NCBI GenBank assembly: GCA_949291455.1
Contig: CASEVQ010000001.1
Location: forward strand, 1,703 to 65,702
From: an uncultured bacterium
GTDB taxonomy: Bacteria > Bacillota_I > Bacilli_A > RF39 > UBA660
Length of the DNA stretch: 64,000 nucleotides
Direction: 5' to 3'
Shown here piece by piece: positions 1-9,085 of this stretch. Made by a program: the position numbers and the translations under genes. The notes under the pieces are model-generated. The model saw nothing but the letters and a program-made list of their open reading frames with translations, ran no database searches and was not told the DNA's origin. Numbering within the stretch: the stretch's first letter is position 1; each line of letters begins with the position of its first letter.

Positions 1-282
1 ATAATTAAAAACTTTACAAAAGCAATTCAAAAAGGGCTAGATTTTGTACATGAAAATGAAAGTAGTGTAATTGCTGAATCAATATTAGAATTTTTCCCCG
101 ATACTTCACTAAATGACTTAACACAAGTAATAGAAAGATATAAAAAACAAGATAGTTGGCCACAAACAACAGAATTTACTGAAGAATCATTTATGCATTT
201 ACAAGAAATAATGATAAGTGCTGGGGAACTAAAAGAAAAAGTACCATATGAAGATTTAATGTATAAGGTAATAGATGAATAA
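1..282 (+). CDS. ABC transporter substrate-binding protein, C-terminal end (5' part upstream of window)
   Basis: Frame 1 is open from the window edge to TAA 280-282 (...KKQDSWPQTTEFTEESFMHLQEIMISAGELKEKVPYEDLMYKVIDE*). The stop overlaps ATG 275 of the next gene. Product is inferred only from SBP-ATPase-permease operon context. Confidence 0.4.
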   Translation: MIKNFTKAIQKGLDFVHENESSVIAESILEFFPDTSLNDLTQVIERYKKQDSWPQTTEFTEESFMHLQEIMISAGELKEKVPYEDLMYKVIDE

Positions 283-690
283 TATCCTAAAAATTAAAAA
301 CTTACAAAAAATATATCATGATTTAAACGGAGAAATTGAAGCAATAAAAGATATTACACTAGATATAAATCAAAATGAATTAATATCAATTGTAGGACCA
401 TCTGGTTGTGGAAAATCTTCTCTGCTGTCAATACTAGCAAATATTGAAAAAAAAAGCTCTGGAGAAATAATATTTAATAATCCTAACACAAAAATTGGTT
501 ACATGTTACAAAAAGACTCGCTCTTTCCTTGGAGAACGATACTAGAAAATTGTCTAATTGGACTAGAAACAGAAAATAAATTAACAGAAGAAAATAAAAA
601 AAAGGTTATTAACCTTCTAAAAAAATATGGATTATATGATTTTATTAATAAATATCCAGCATCATTATCTGGTGGAATGAGACAAAGAGT
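275..690 (+). pseudogene. ABC transporter ATP-binding protein (SsuB/TauB-like), fragment 1 of 3
   Basis: Walker A GPSGCGKSS, Q-loop MLQKDSLFPW and signature LSGGMRQRV are present. After codon 139 the frame runs into foreign sequence (LRILYTHK*). The protein continues at 4325. Confidence 0.9.
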
Positions 691-700
691 TCTACGAATA
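691..700. repeat. Element 1 left terminal inverted repeat (P' arm of attL), TCTACGAATA
   Basis: Exact reverse complement of 4313-4322, immediately after core GT 689-690. Confidence 0.85.
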
Positions 701-769
701 CTATATACACACAAATAATTACTTACAAGTGGCTTATAACCCTTATAAATAAAGGAAAAGAGGTATATT

Positions 770-1168
770 ATGTTATTAGATAAAAATTCAAAAAAAGTTA
801 TAGACTTAATTCAAAAATATGATAATTTAAGTGATATAGATAAAATTAGATTAGCAATTTATTTGTTAGAAAATAAAAATTTTAATGTAGATTTTAATGT
901 AAGAGATATGATTATTTTATTAAAGCAAGTTTTAAGAGTATTAGATTCTAATTATACAAAAGTAATAACTAATTTTAGTAAATATAAACATTTATTATTC
1001 TTTTCAGCCAAGTATTTAGAACTTACTGAAAAAGAAAAAAAGCATTTCTCTCTTGAAATGATATTTAATATATATGAAAATGATTTTAAAGATAAAATTA
1101 TTAATGAAGAAATTAATAAACATTCATTAGTTTATGATTATTGTTATTCACTAATTAATAATGAATAG
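770..1168 (+). CDS. hypothetical protein (element 1 cargo)
   Basis: 132-codon ORF with RBS AAAGGAAAAGAGG upstream and a hairpin terminator directly downstream. No motif recognised. Confidence 0.6.
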   Translation: MLLDKNSKKVIDLIQKYDNLSDIDKIRLAIYLLENKNFNVDFNVRDMIILLKQVLRVLDSNYTKVITNFSKYKHLLFFSAKYLELTEKEKKHFSLEMIFNIYENDFKDKIINEEINKHSLVYDYCYSLINNE

Positions 1169-1177
1169 AAAAAATAC

Positions 1178-1209
1178 CTAGTAGGCATTTGCTTACTAGA
1201 TATTTTTTT
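1178..1209 (+). terminator. rho-independent terminator
   Basis: 9-bp stem CTAGTAGGC/GCTTACTAG (one G-U pair) with a 4-nt loop, followed by ATATTTTTTT. Confidence 0.7.
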
Positions 1210-1377
1210 GTTTTGGTGTTCTTTTTAACACTAACGTACCCAAATTTTATTGAAAATATAAAGAAATAAAAATGAAAGTGAGGATTGATATTATGAATAA
1301 AACAAAGTACAAAAACAATAAACATTACTGCTATATTAGTTTAAAATCACACTTTAAATAATATATTTAAATTAGAG

Positions 1378-1518
1378 GTGAGCTTTATAAATATAGTCTA
1401 TAATGTTAAAGAAGTAGTAGAAAAAACTATAACCGATAACGATTTAAAAGAGATCATAAATAAAAAGTTATTAAATATTATATTATTTATGGAAACTTGC
1501 ACAAATGAGTGTAATTAG
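1378..1518 (+). CDS. small conserved protein upstream of the recombinase (candidate directionality/regulatory factor)
   Basis: Not in the ORF track. A GTG-initiated 46-codon ORF, VSFINIVYNVKEVVEKTITDNDLKEIINKKLLNIILFMETCTNECN. It is clearly homologous to the 47-codon ORF at 15530-15673, which occupies the same position upstream of the related recombinase. Start codon is uncertain (GTG with a poor RBS). Confidence 0.5.
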   Translation: MSFINIVYNVKEVVEKTITDNDLKEIINKKLLNIILFMETCTNECN

Positions 1519-1589
1519 ATGGTATAATTGTATTGGTTATAAGTTTAACTTGATAAGTAATTATTGCCTTAAGTTAGGAGGTAATAGTT

Positions 1590-3203
1590 ATGAATGAAAT
1601 GGAGAGTGTTAGAGAGAAGATATTATTAAGAGTTGTTATTTATTTAAGATTATCAAATGAAGATAAAGATAAAATTAATAAAAATGATGATAGTGAATCT
1701 ATTAAAAATCAAAGAAATATGTTGCTAGATTATATCGAGAAAAATCCACAATTTATGTTGGTTGATGAATATTGTGATGAAGATTTATCAGGTGCTGGTA
1801 CTTATAGACCTGAATTTGAAAGATTAATTAGAGATTGTGAAAATGGTAAAATTGATGTAGTTTTATGTAAAAGTCAATCTAGATTTTCAAGAGATATGGA
1901 AATCGTTGAAAAGTATATCAACAATAAATTCAAAGAATGGAATATAAGATTTATCGGCTTATCTGATAATGCAGATACTGATAATAGTGGTAATAAAAAA
2001 TCAAGACAGATAAATGGTTTAGTTAATGAATGGTATTTAGAAGATGTTTCAGACAATATCAGAAGTGCTTTTAATTCTAAAATGAAGCAAGGAGAATTCA
2101 TTTCTCCTTTCGCCTCATTTGGTTATGAAGTATCTAAAGAAGATAATAATAAGTTAGTTATTGATCCTATTGCTAGTGAAGTTGTTAAAGAAATATATGA
2201 TTTATATTTAAAAGGTATGGGGTTTACAGGAATAGCTCATTACTTAAATGATAAAAATATTCCTTGCCCCTCTTTTTATAAATATAAAAAAGGTATTAAA
2301 TTAAATGTCATTAGTAATAGACCTAGAGAAGAAATAAAATGGAATACTAATGCTATTAAAACAATATTAAAAAATGAATTATATTTAGGGCATTTAATTC
2401 AAGGAAAAAGAACTACTGTTAGTTATAAAAATCATAAAGTAATTAATAAACCTGAAGATGAATGGATTCGTAGAGAAAATATGCACGAAGCTATAATTGA
2501 TGAAGAAACATTTGCAAAAGTTCAAATTGCTTTGAAAGAAAGAACAAAACCTATGAAATCAACAGGAGTTGTTCATAACTTCTCTGGCAAAGTATTTTGT
2601 AAAGAATGTGATCGATATATGAGAAAGAAAAATTCTTCTAAACATGAATATCTAGTATGTTCTAATAATAGAGATGGTTATAATGATTGTATAAATAAAT
2701 CAGCGATTAGGTATGATGCTTTAGAAGAATTAGTATTAAGCCATATTAATAAAAAAGTTAAAAAGTTTTACGATTTAAATATTTTAGAAACAGAATCTTT
2801 AAAAAAAGAAAATAATAAGTTCACTAAAAAAATCAATTTATTAACGAAACAAAAAGAAACTATAGTTAATCAAATGGCAAAGACTAAAAATTATTTAAAA
2901 AGTCTTTATGAAGATAAAGTTAATGGAATAATTAATGCAGAACAATTTAAAGAATTAATTACTAATTATAATAATGATGATGAAAAGTTAAAAGACCAAT
3001 TAAAATCTATTGATAATGAGATTAACTATTATACACTAAAAGAATCTTCAAACAAAAATACAAAAGAATTATTTAATAAATATCAACAATTAGAAAAATT
3101 GAACAGAGTTATAGTAGATGAATTTGTAGATAAAATCTATATTGGTAAGATTAATGATGAAACAAATACAAGAGATATTGAAATCAAATGGAATTTTGAT
3201 TAA
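1590..3203 (+). CDS. large serine recombinase (element 1)
   Basis: Resolvase-type N-terminal domain (YLRLSNEDKD...DDSESIKNQ, LCKSQSRFSRDME, NKKSRQINGLVNEWYLED). Also a recombinase domain, a Cys-rich zinc-ribbon region (CKECDRYM...LVCSNN...C) and a coiled-coil tail. RBS is TTAGGAGG. Paralogous to 13858-15462. Confidence 0.92.
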   Translation: MNEMESVREKILLRVVIYLRLSNEDKDKINKNDDSESIKNQRNMLLDYIEKNPQFMLVDEYCDEDLSGAGTYRPEFERLIRDCENGKIDVVLCKSQSRFSRDMEIVEKYINNKFKEWNIRFIGLSDNADTDNSGNKKSRQINGLVNEWYLEDVSDNIRSAFNSKMKQGEFISPFASFGYEVSKEDNNKLVIDPIASEVVKEIYDLYLKGMGFTGIAHYLNDKNIPCPSFYKYKKGIKLNVISNRPREEIKWNTNAIKTILKNELYLGHLIQGKRTTVSYKNHKVINKPEDEWIRRENMHEAIIDEETFAKVQIALKERTKPMKSTGVVHNFSGKVFCKECDRYMRKKNSSKHEYLVCSNNRDGYNDCINKSAIRYDALEELVLSHINKKVKKFYDLNILETESLKKENNKFTKKINLLTKQKETIVNQMAKTKNYLKSLYEDKVNGIINAEQFKELITNYNNDDEKLKDQLKSIDNEINYYTLKESSNKNTKELFNKYQQLEKLNRVIVDEFVDKIYIGKINDETNTRDIEIKWNFD

Positions 3204-3326
3204 CAAATTTCAAAATAAAAAAGGAAATTCAAAACTTTTGTAGAATAATATAAGTGAGAGGTTATACACTTCTATAACCTTTTACTTAATATATATTAAA
3301 AATAAATAGTAAAGGACGGTGAATAA

Positions 3327-4187
3327 ATGAAAGAAAATAAATCAGAAACAATTTCAAACTTATTTGAAAATACTACTATTAGAAGTATATGGGATGCAGA
3401 AAAAGAAGAATATTATTTTAGTGTAATTGATGTTATTGGAGCATTAACTGATAATGATTATCAAAAATCAAGAAATTATTGGAAATGGCTTAAAAATAAA
3501 TTAAATAATGAAGGAAGTGAGTTGGTTAGCAATACTAACCAACTGAAAATGAAATCGGCTGATGGCAAATACTATAATACTGATACATTAGATACAAAAG
3601 GAATATTTAGACTTATTGAATCTGTACCTAGTCCAAAAGCTGAACCTATGAAAATGTGGTTAGCGAATCTTGGTAGTGAAAGAATTGATGAAGTATTTGA
3701 CCCAGAGATTGCTGGCAATAGAATTATTAACTATTATCGTAATAAAGGTTATAGTGATGAATGGATTAAAAAAAGATTAACTGGAATGGTTGATAGATTT
3801 CAACTAACTGATATATGGAAAGATGGTGGCATTGAAAAACCTATAGAATATGCAATGCTTACTAACGAAATATATAAAGGTTGGTCAGGAATGAAAGCAA
3901 GTGAATATAAAGTATATAAAGGTATTAGAAAAGAATCTTTAAGAGATAATATGACTGATATAGAAGTTCTACTTACTGATTTAGGAGAAATTGCTACTCG
4001 TGATATAGCAAAATCAGAACATCCACAAGGATTTAAAGAAAATATGAAAGTTGCTCGTATAGGTGGACAAGTTGCTAATGATGCTAGAAAGTCTTACGAA
4101 AAAGCAACTAAAAAATCAGCTATATCAAATCAAAATGCTTTAAACTATCAATACATAGATGACAAAAAACAAATAGAAAATAAATAA
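3327..4187 (+). CDS. Bro-N domain / DinD-like (DNA-damage-inducible protein D family) protein
   Basis: N-terminus FENTTIRSIWDAEKEEYYFSVIDVIGALT fits the Bro-N pattern. The remainder resembles DinD-type proteins by eye. RBS is AAGGACGG. Confidence 0.6.
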   Translation: MKENKSETISNLFENTTIRSIWDAEKEEYYFSVIDVIGALTDNDYQKSRNYWKWLKNKLNNEGSELVSNTNQLKMKSADGKYYNTDTLDTKGIFRLIESVPSPKAEPMKMWLANLGSERIDEVFDPEIAGNRIINYYRNKGYSDEWIKKRLTGMVDRFQLTDIWKDGGIEKPIEYAMLTNEIYKGWSGMKASEYKVYKGIRKESLRDNMTDIEVLLTDLGEIATRDIAKSEHPQGFKENMKVARIGGQVANDARKSYEKATKKSAISNQNALNYQYIDDKKQIENK

Positions 4188-4312
4188 CTCTGTTCCCGAC
4201 AATTTGTCGGAAAGTAATAATAAATCTTTAAAATACAAGTTAAACATAAAAAAAGAAATTTTAAAAAAGCCTTATTTTTCAAGGTTTTGATAAGGTATTA
4301 GTGTCCACATTA

Positions 4313-4322
4313 TATTCGTAGA
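4313..4322. repeat. Element 1 right terminal inverted repeat (P arm of attR), TATTCGTAGA
   Basis: Exact reverse complement of 691-700, immediately before core GT 4323-4324. Confidence 0.85.
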
Positions 4323-4324
4323 GT

Positions 4325-4486
4325 TGCTTTAATCAGAACACTAGCAACAGATCCAGACATTTTATTATTAGATGAACCACTATCAGCACTAGATTATCAA
4401 ACAAGACTTGCACTGTCTGATGACTTATATAAAATAATAAAAAATGAAGGAAAAACTGCTATTATGGTAACACATGACTTAGGTGA
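4325..4486 (+). pseudogene. ABC transporter ATP-binding protein, fragment 2 of 3
   Basis: Encodes ALIRTLATDPDILLLDEPLSALDYQTRLALSDDLYKIIKNEGKTAIMVTHDLG (Walker B, D-loop, H-loop). The frame then runs into foreign sequence (ELEF*). Confidence 0.9.
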
Positions 4487-4498
4487 ACTTGAGTTCTA
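4487..4498. repeat. Element 2 left terminal inverted repeat, ACTTGAGTTCTA
   Basis: Exact reverse complement of 10210-10221. Confidence 0.85.
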
Positions 4499-4508
4499 AA
4501 AAGAGAAA

Positions 4509-5768
4509 TTATTTATTAACAACAATCCAAGCATTAGGAAGCCATCTATAAGTTGGAACATAACCATTCCAAGGAGAATTGATATATTCATGATTAACAG
4601 TCATAGCAGTTGATGTTCCACCATCTAAATTTGCAGCATTAACTGCACCATACAGCTCCATTATGTGCGCCATATCAGCATAACTTGCGCCTTTAGAATG
4701 ACTTTGTAATCCATCAATTACCAACATTAAAACAATTCCATCCGCCCTTTGCCCAATAGCTGTTCGCCCACAAGTCCAAGTATAATAATTAACATTTTTA
4801 TAATAATTAACACCATTTACAATTAAAAATGGTCCCCATTCAACAGCATCCCTTATTCCTAATGAATATGCTTCATCAACTGTCATCTTTTTTAAAATAA
4901 GTTTATCATTCTTATCAAAACCAATAATCCCACCACCAGCATCACCACTAGCATAATTAGAATCAAGTATACCATCAATAAATACAGGACCATGTGGAAT
5001 ACCACCATTACTATTCCAATTTGGATCATAAAATCCTCCAGCATTCATTGCTATAAGAGCATTATTTTCCCTAGAAATTACTGACAATGTTTCACCATAA
5101 GAAGTATCTGAAGTACCTGCACCACTACTTTTAGCAATTTTAACTAAAGAAGGATCGTATATAACAGCCATATACCCTTCGTAGTGATAATCAGCACCAA
5201 TAGTAGTACCAGAAATCTTAATAATTTTATAAATATCATCTTCATTATGATTAAGAATTTCCTCTTCATATTTATTAGCATATACTTCTAAGTTACTATC
5301 TACCATAGAAAAATCTATTTCGTCATCACTTAAATCGACATACTCATTATCGACTACATCACTAATTGTCTCATCATCATAAATCATTGTTGCAACATAC
5401 TTATAATTTAATGAACCAATACTAGAATTTATAAGCCAATCTTTAAAATCATTATTATAATAAACTAAATTAACAACACCAAAAATTTCTAATATATATG
5501 CAAATAATACTAAAACAAAACCTATCTTTTTTTGCAAATTACAAAAATTAAAAATTCTTTTATTTCTTAACAAAAAAATACAATTTATAATTAAACAAAC
5601 AATTAAAATTACAAGTAAAGACAAAATAGCTATTTTAAAATCATCATTAACCTTTGTTTTATTATTAATAACAATAATTTGAATTGCAACAAAAAAAGGA
5701 ATAGCAAATAAACAAAATATTGCAAAAAACTTACATACACTAACTTTTTGGTTCTTTACATATTTCAC
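4509..5768 (-). CDS. membrane-anchored phosphodiester glycosidase family protein (NAGPA/DUF2233-like)
   Basis: N-terminal TM helices are followed by AMNAGGFYDPNW..GGIPHGPVFIDG and AANLDGGTSTAM, blocks typical of this family. Confidence 0.65.
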   Translation of the reverse strand: MKYVKNQKVSVCKFFAIFCLFAIPFFVAIQIIVINNKTKVNDDFKIAILSLLVILIVCLIINCIFLLRNKRIFNFCNLQKKIGFVLVLFAYILEIFGVVNLVYYNNDFKDWLINSSIGSLNYKYVATMIYDDETISDVVDNEYVDLSDDEIDFSMVDSNLEVYANKYEEEILNHNEDDIYKIIKISGTTIGADYHYEGYMAVIYDPSLVKIAKSSGAGTSDTSYGETLSVISRENNALIAMNAGGFYDPNWNSNGGIPHGPVFIDGILDSNYASGDAGGGIIGFDKNDKLILKKMTVDEAYSLGIRDAVEWGPFLIVNGVNYYKNVNYYTWTCGRTAIGQRADGIVLMLVIDGLQSHSKGASYADMAHIMELYGAVNAANLDGGTSTAMTVNHEYINSPWNGYVPTYRWLPNAWIVVNK

Positions 5769-5781
5769 TTGCTACACCTCT

Positions 5782-6336
5782 TTACTTCAAATCATTATAA
5801 ATTAATTTTAATAACAAATTTATATCACCAATGTAAAAACTTAATTTAGTTTTACCATTTTCATAAGCATAACTATTATACTGTTTAACAAAATCATTAT
5901 ATTTATCCACTATAATTCTATAAGAATCAATCATTTTTAAATAATTACTAGAAAAAACTCTACATTTTTCATTTAATAAATTATTATCAAAATCATATTG
6001 ACAACTATTATACAAAACAATTATCTTAAAAGAATTATTATTTAACCTATCATGTATTTTTTCTATTGAAGATAAAATATTATTTTTTTCTATATCAAAA
6101 TCATCAAAATAAACATTAAAAGAATCACTAATTATAACCATATCATCTTTTAATTCATTTGCATTTATATTAAAAATATCATAATAATAATTTATATTAT
6201 TTTTAATATTATTACTTTTCTCAACATCAATAGAATAATCATTTATATAAGCTAAAACATGCTCTAAAGACATAACAAAAATTCCAATAAAAATAAGTGC
6301 AAAACCAATCTTTAGAAAAGAATTTTTGAACATCAA
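5782..6336 (-). CDS. hypothetical membrane-anchored protein
   Basis: 184-codon ORF with an N-terminal hydrophobic helix, tightly packed in the minus-strand array. Confidence 0.55.
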   Translation of the reverse strand: MMFKNSFLKIGFALIFIGIFVMSLEHVLAYINDYSIDVEKSNNIKNNINYYYDIFNINANELKDDMVIISDSFNVYFDDFDIEKNNILSSIEKIHDRLNNNSFKIIVLYNSCQYDFDNNLLNEKCRVFSSNYLKMIDSYRIIVDKYNDFVKQYNSYAYENGKTKLSFYIGDINLLLKLIYNDLK

Positions 6337-6392
6337 TCATCACCTATATTAAAATAATATAAGTTTTAAAATTTTTTGTAAATAATATAAAA

Positions 6393-8333
6393 CTATTTTT
6401 TTATCTTATTTACATTATTATACTTTTTATTTACAAATAAAACTAATGGTACACCTATAATAATAAGTAAAATCTTTGGAAGGTAATTTATATTATTATT
6501 AACGAATGTATTAGGTGGAAGAACAATATCATCATTTAATTCATAAAAAACTTCTATTACATTATCATCAGCATTGTTTGACACAACTAATGGATAATTA
6601 ATTACTTCTTTTAAAGAATAATTGTCAAATTTTTCAAACTTAATATTATCAATTCTTGTTCCAATAATTTGATCGGTTACTATAACTGTTTTACTGTTAT
6701 CAATCTTTCCATTAAAATAATATAATATTTTATAATAATTTGTTTCTTCTTTTAAATATAAAACTTTGATTACATTGTTTTCAACATCGATAGATATTTC
6801 ATTTGTAGATGCAATACCATCTTTATAACCATTTGGTTTATATAAACTTAACCAATTTTCTCCAAAATCATTAACAATATCTTCAGTAGTAACTAATGAT
6901 CCATACTCCCTAAAAACATCTTTAGTTTTTGCTACTAAATTAACGCGTGATATTTCATCCTTGTAATATTCTATATGATAAGAATAAATATTTTTCTCGT
7001 ATACAATATTTAAAACATTATTGTCTTTGTCTATAACAAAATCATTTAAAATAATATTTTCACTAGTATAACCAATAGGCAAATACTTATCTTTCTCTAC
7101 ATTTACTATTCCACCTAGTTCTAAATAATCACTAATAGTTCCAAGTAAATTTTCTTCTGAAATAGAATCTTTATAATAATTTATAGTATATGGATATTTC
7201 TCTTTTTCATAATAAACTTCTGAAGATGAAGACATTACAAGTTTTTGTTCCTGATTATCTTTGTCTTTATATTTTAATACAACTCCTTCATTTAAAATAT
7301 TATTAGTAGCATACCAGCCATTTTCCAAATTATCATTTAACCTTATCTTAAAATTAAAAGATTTTTTTTCATCACTTATTTCACCTAAAGAATAAGTAAC
7401 AACTTTATCATTGACAATTACTCCTTCTCCAGATACATAAGAAAAATCTTCGCCAATAGTATCAATTAATACTGCATCTTTCCCAGCAGAAATCTCTTTA
7501 ATGTCAGTTGCTAATTCTTTTAATACATCTTTAATACCATCAGTTGTAGCATCATAGTAATACTCTTTTCCACTAGCTATACTTTTTAAGATATTTTTTG
7601 CATCCTCACTAGTGTCATAACCAACAGTATATATCTTTATTCCAGCATTTTTAACTCTAGCTATTGACTGAAATAAAAGTTCAGTACTATTAGGTTCCCC
7701 ATCACTTATTATCAATATGTATTTTAAAGAATTATCTTCAACTGAATCTAAATTTTCTTTAGCAAGATCGACTGCTAAATGTAAATTTGTAGCGCCATAT
7801 GGATAATCAAAATCACTAGTATTAAATACTTGATTAGTCCATGAAATTTTGTTTAAAGCATTACTAGAAAAAGTAATTAAATTGATTTTACTAGTTGGAA
7901 TATTTTCTGTTATATCCTTAGAAAAACTTATAGCACCATTAACGGCATTCTCCCATTTATAATTATTAATAGAATCAGTAACCCTACAATATAAATTTTG
8001 ATTATTTATATTAGTAAACTTATTATAAAACAAATCGGAAGATGTTTTTGTTCCATTAGCACAAAGCATGCTACCTGATCTGTCAAAAATAACAGATACA
8101 TAAACATTTTTAGTTGAAGACTCTAGTGTACTTTCCCCTTCTATTACAAACTCTACATTATAAACAAAATCTTCCTCTGTTTTACTTACTTTTTTAGTTA
8201 CTACAATTTCATCATTACTAACACTAACTTCTTCATTCCTTATATCACCACTTTTATAATCTAACGCCAAAACAAAACTAGGTAAAAAAACATAAATAAA
8301 TAAAAAACTTAATAATATTTTTTTTATTTTCAA
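6393..8333 (-). CDS. cell-surface VWA-domain adhesin with three MucBP-like repeats and a non-canonical C-terminal anchor
   Basis: Signal peptide, MIDAS-type motif VIFDRSGSM, and three Y.I.YYKD-type repeats. The C-terminus reads ...VLPPNTFVNNNINYLPK, then a hydrophobic helix, then a basic tail. The stop overlaps the sortase start. Confidence 0.75.
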   Translation of the reverse strand: MKIKKILLSFLFIYVFLPSFVLALDYKSGDIRNEEVSVSNDEIVVTKKVSKTEEDFVYNVEFVIEGESTLESSTKNVYVSVIFDRSGSMLCANGTKTSSDLFYNKFTNINNQNLYCRVTDSINNYKWENAVNGAISFSKDITENIPTSKINLITFSSNALNKISWTNQVFNTSDFDYPYGATNLHLAVDLAKENLDSVEDNSLKYILIISDGEPNSTELLFQSIARVKNAGIKIYTVGYDTSEDAKNILKSIASGKEYYYDATTDGIKDVLKELATDIKEISAGKDAVLIDTIGEDFSYVSGEGVIVNDKVVTYSLGEISDEKKSFNFKIRLNDNLENGWYATNNILNEGVVLKYKDKDNQEQKLVMSSSSEVYYEKEKYPYTINYYKDSISEENLLGTISDYLELGGIVNVEKDKYLPIGYTSENIILNDFVIDKDNNVLNIVYEKNIYSYHIEYYKDEISRVNLVAKTKDVFREYGSLVTTEDIVNDFGENWLSLYKPNGYKDGIASTNEISIDVENNVIKVLYLKEETNYYKILYYFNGKIDNSKTVIVTDQIIGTRIDNIKFEKFDNYSLKEVINYPLVVSNNADDNVIEVFYELNDDIVLPPNTFVNNNINYLPKILLIIIGVPLVLFVNKKYNNVNKIKK

Positions 8334-9034
8334 TACAATTCCTCCTCTATTTTTTTAGCAATTATTAAAAGATAAGAATCATCTGGTTCATAATAACACG
8401 TTTGCATAATTAAAATTTCATCATCATAATCAAAAGTGCTTTGATACAAAGATGATTTATTTAACCAATCAATATGGTCATTCCATTCATCTTTAGTAAA
8501 AGCTAGCTTCATATGCTGAAAATCAGATACTGTAATTACTACATTTGATATTTCATAATAAGATATTTTATTATTACTTTCTAAAATAAGCTTTCTGTTA
8601 TCCAAGTTATTAAAAAAATCGAACTTTAGAAAATTTTCTAACTTTTTAAAATCTGTCGCGATATTCTTAGAATTATGTCCATAAATTAAAAGTTTTGTAT
8701 CAAGATCAATATTATTTCTGTAGTCTAGGAAAATAGAACCAACATTATCAAAGTTTTTATAAACATCATGATTTAAATAATATTCATTGTCTTCTGCCTG
8801 AACCAAAGGAACATCAATATCAATAGATTCTATATAAAGGCGTCCAACAATATCTTGATTATTAAATTTATTTCTTGCTACATTTACATATTCAGAATTT
8901 ACTTGACTACTAACAACTATATCTACTATTTCTTTGTAATTAATTTCTTTAAAATCAATTGGAAACTCAACATTTAAATTAAAAGGTAATAATAAGCTAA
9001 AAGCCAAAACGACAATTTTTCTAATAAACTCCAT
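8330..9034 (-). CDS. class B-like sortase
   Basis: Signal anchor, active-site His in LLIYGHNSKN and Cys in LIMQTCYY. There is no Arg downstream of the Cys. Confidence 0.75.
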   Translation of the reverse strand: MEFIRKIVVLAFSLLLPFNLNVEFPIDFKEINYKEIVDIVVSSQVNSEYVNVARNKFNNQDIVGRLYIESIDIDVPLVQAEDNEYYLNHDVYKNFDNVGSIFLDYRNNIDLDTKLLIYGHNSKNIATDFKKLENFLKFDFFNNLDNRKLILESNNKISYYEISNVVITVSDFQHMKLAFTKDEWNDHIDWLNKSSLYQSTFDYDDEILIMQTCYYEPDDSYLLIIAKKIEEELY

Positions 9035-9085
9035 ATCACCACCTCAATTTTAGTTTATTCCAATGATTTGTATAAATTTGTCTTT

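Larger units (their letters stand above)
691..4324. mobile_element. Integrated element 1 (3,634 bp) with large serine recombinase, inserted in the ABC ATPase gene
   Basis: Bounded by perfect 10-bp inverted repeats: TCTACGAATA at 691-700 and TATTCGTAGA at 4313-4322. Each abuts a GT dinucleotide (689-690 and 4323-4324) in direct orientation. Removing the element joins ...MRQRV to ALIRTL... in frame. Confidence 0.85.

Noticed and set aside
1272-1361. 29-codon ORF MKVRIDIMNKTKYKNNKHYCYISLKSHFK in element 1.
   Set aside because: It is too short, has no counterpart in element 3 and no clear RBS, so I cannot support it.
687-4498. 8-mer GAGTTCTA shared by the left junctions of elements 1 (687-694) and 2 (4491-4498).
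   Set aside because: In element 1 the 8-mer spans host arm, core and element arm, whereas in element 2 it is wholly element sequence. It therefore cannot be a common element-encoded site. The two recombinases are also dissimilar. The match is most likely chance in AT-rich DNA.
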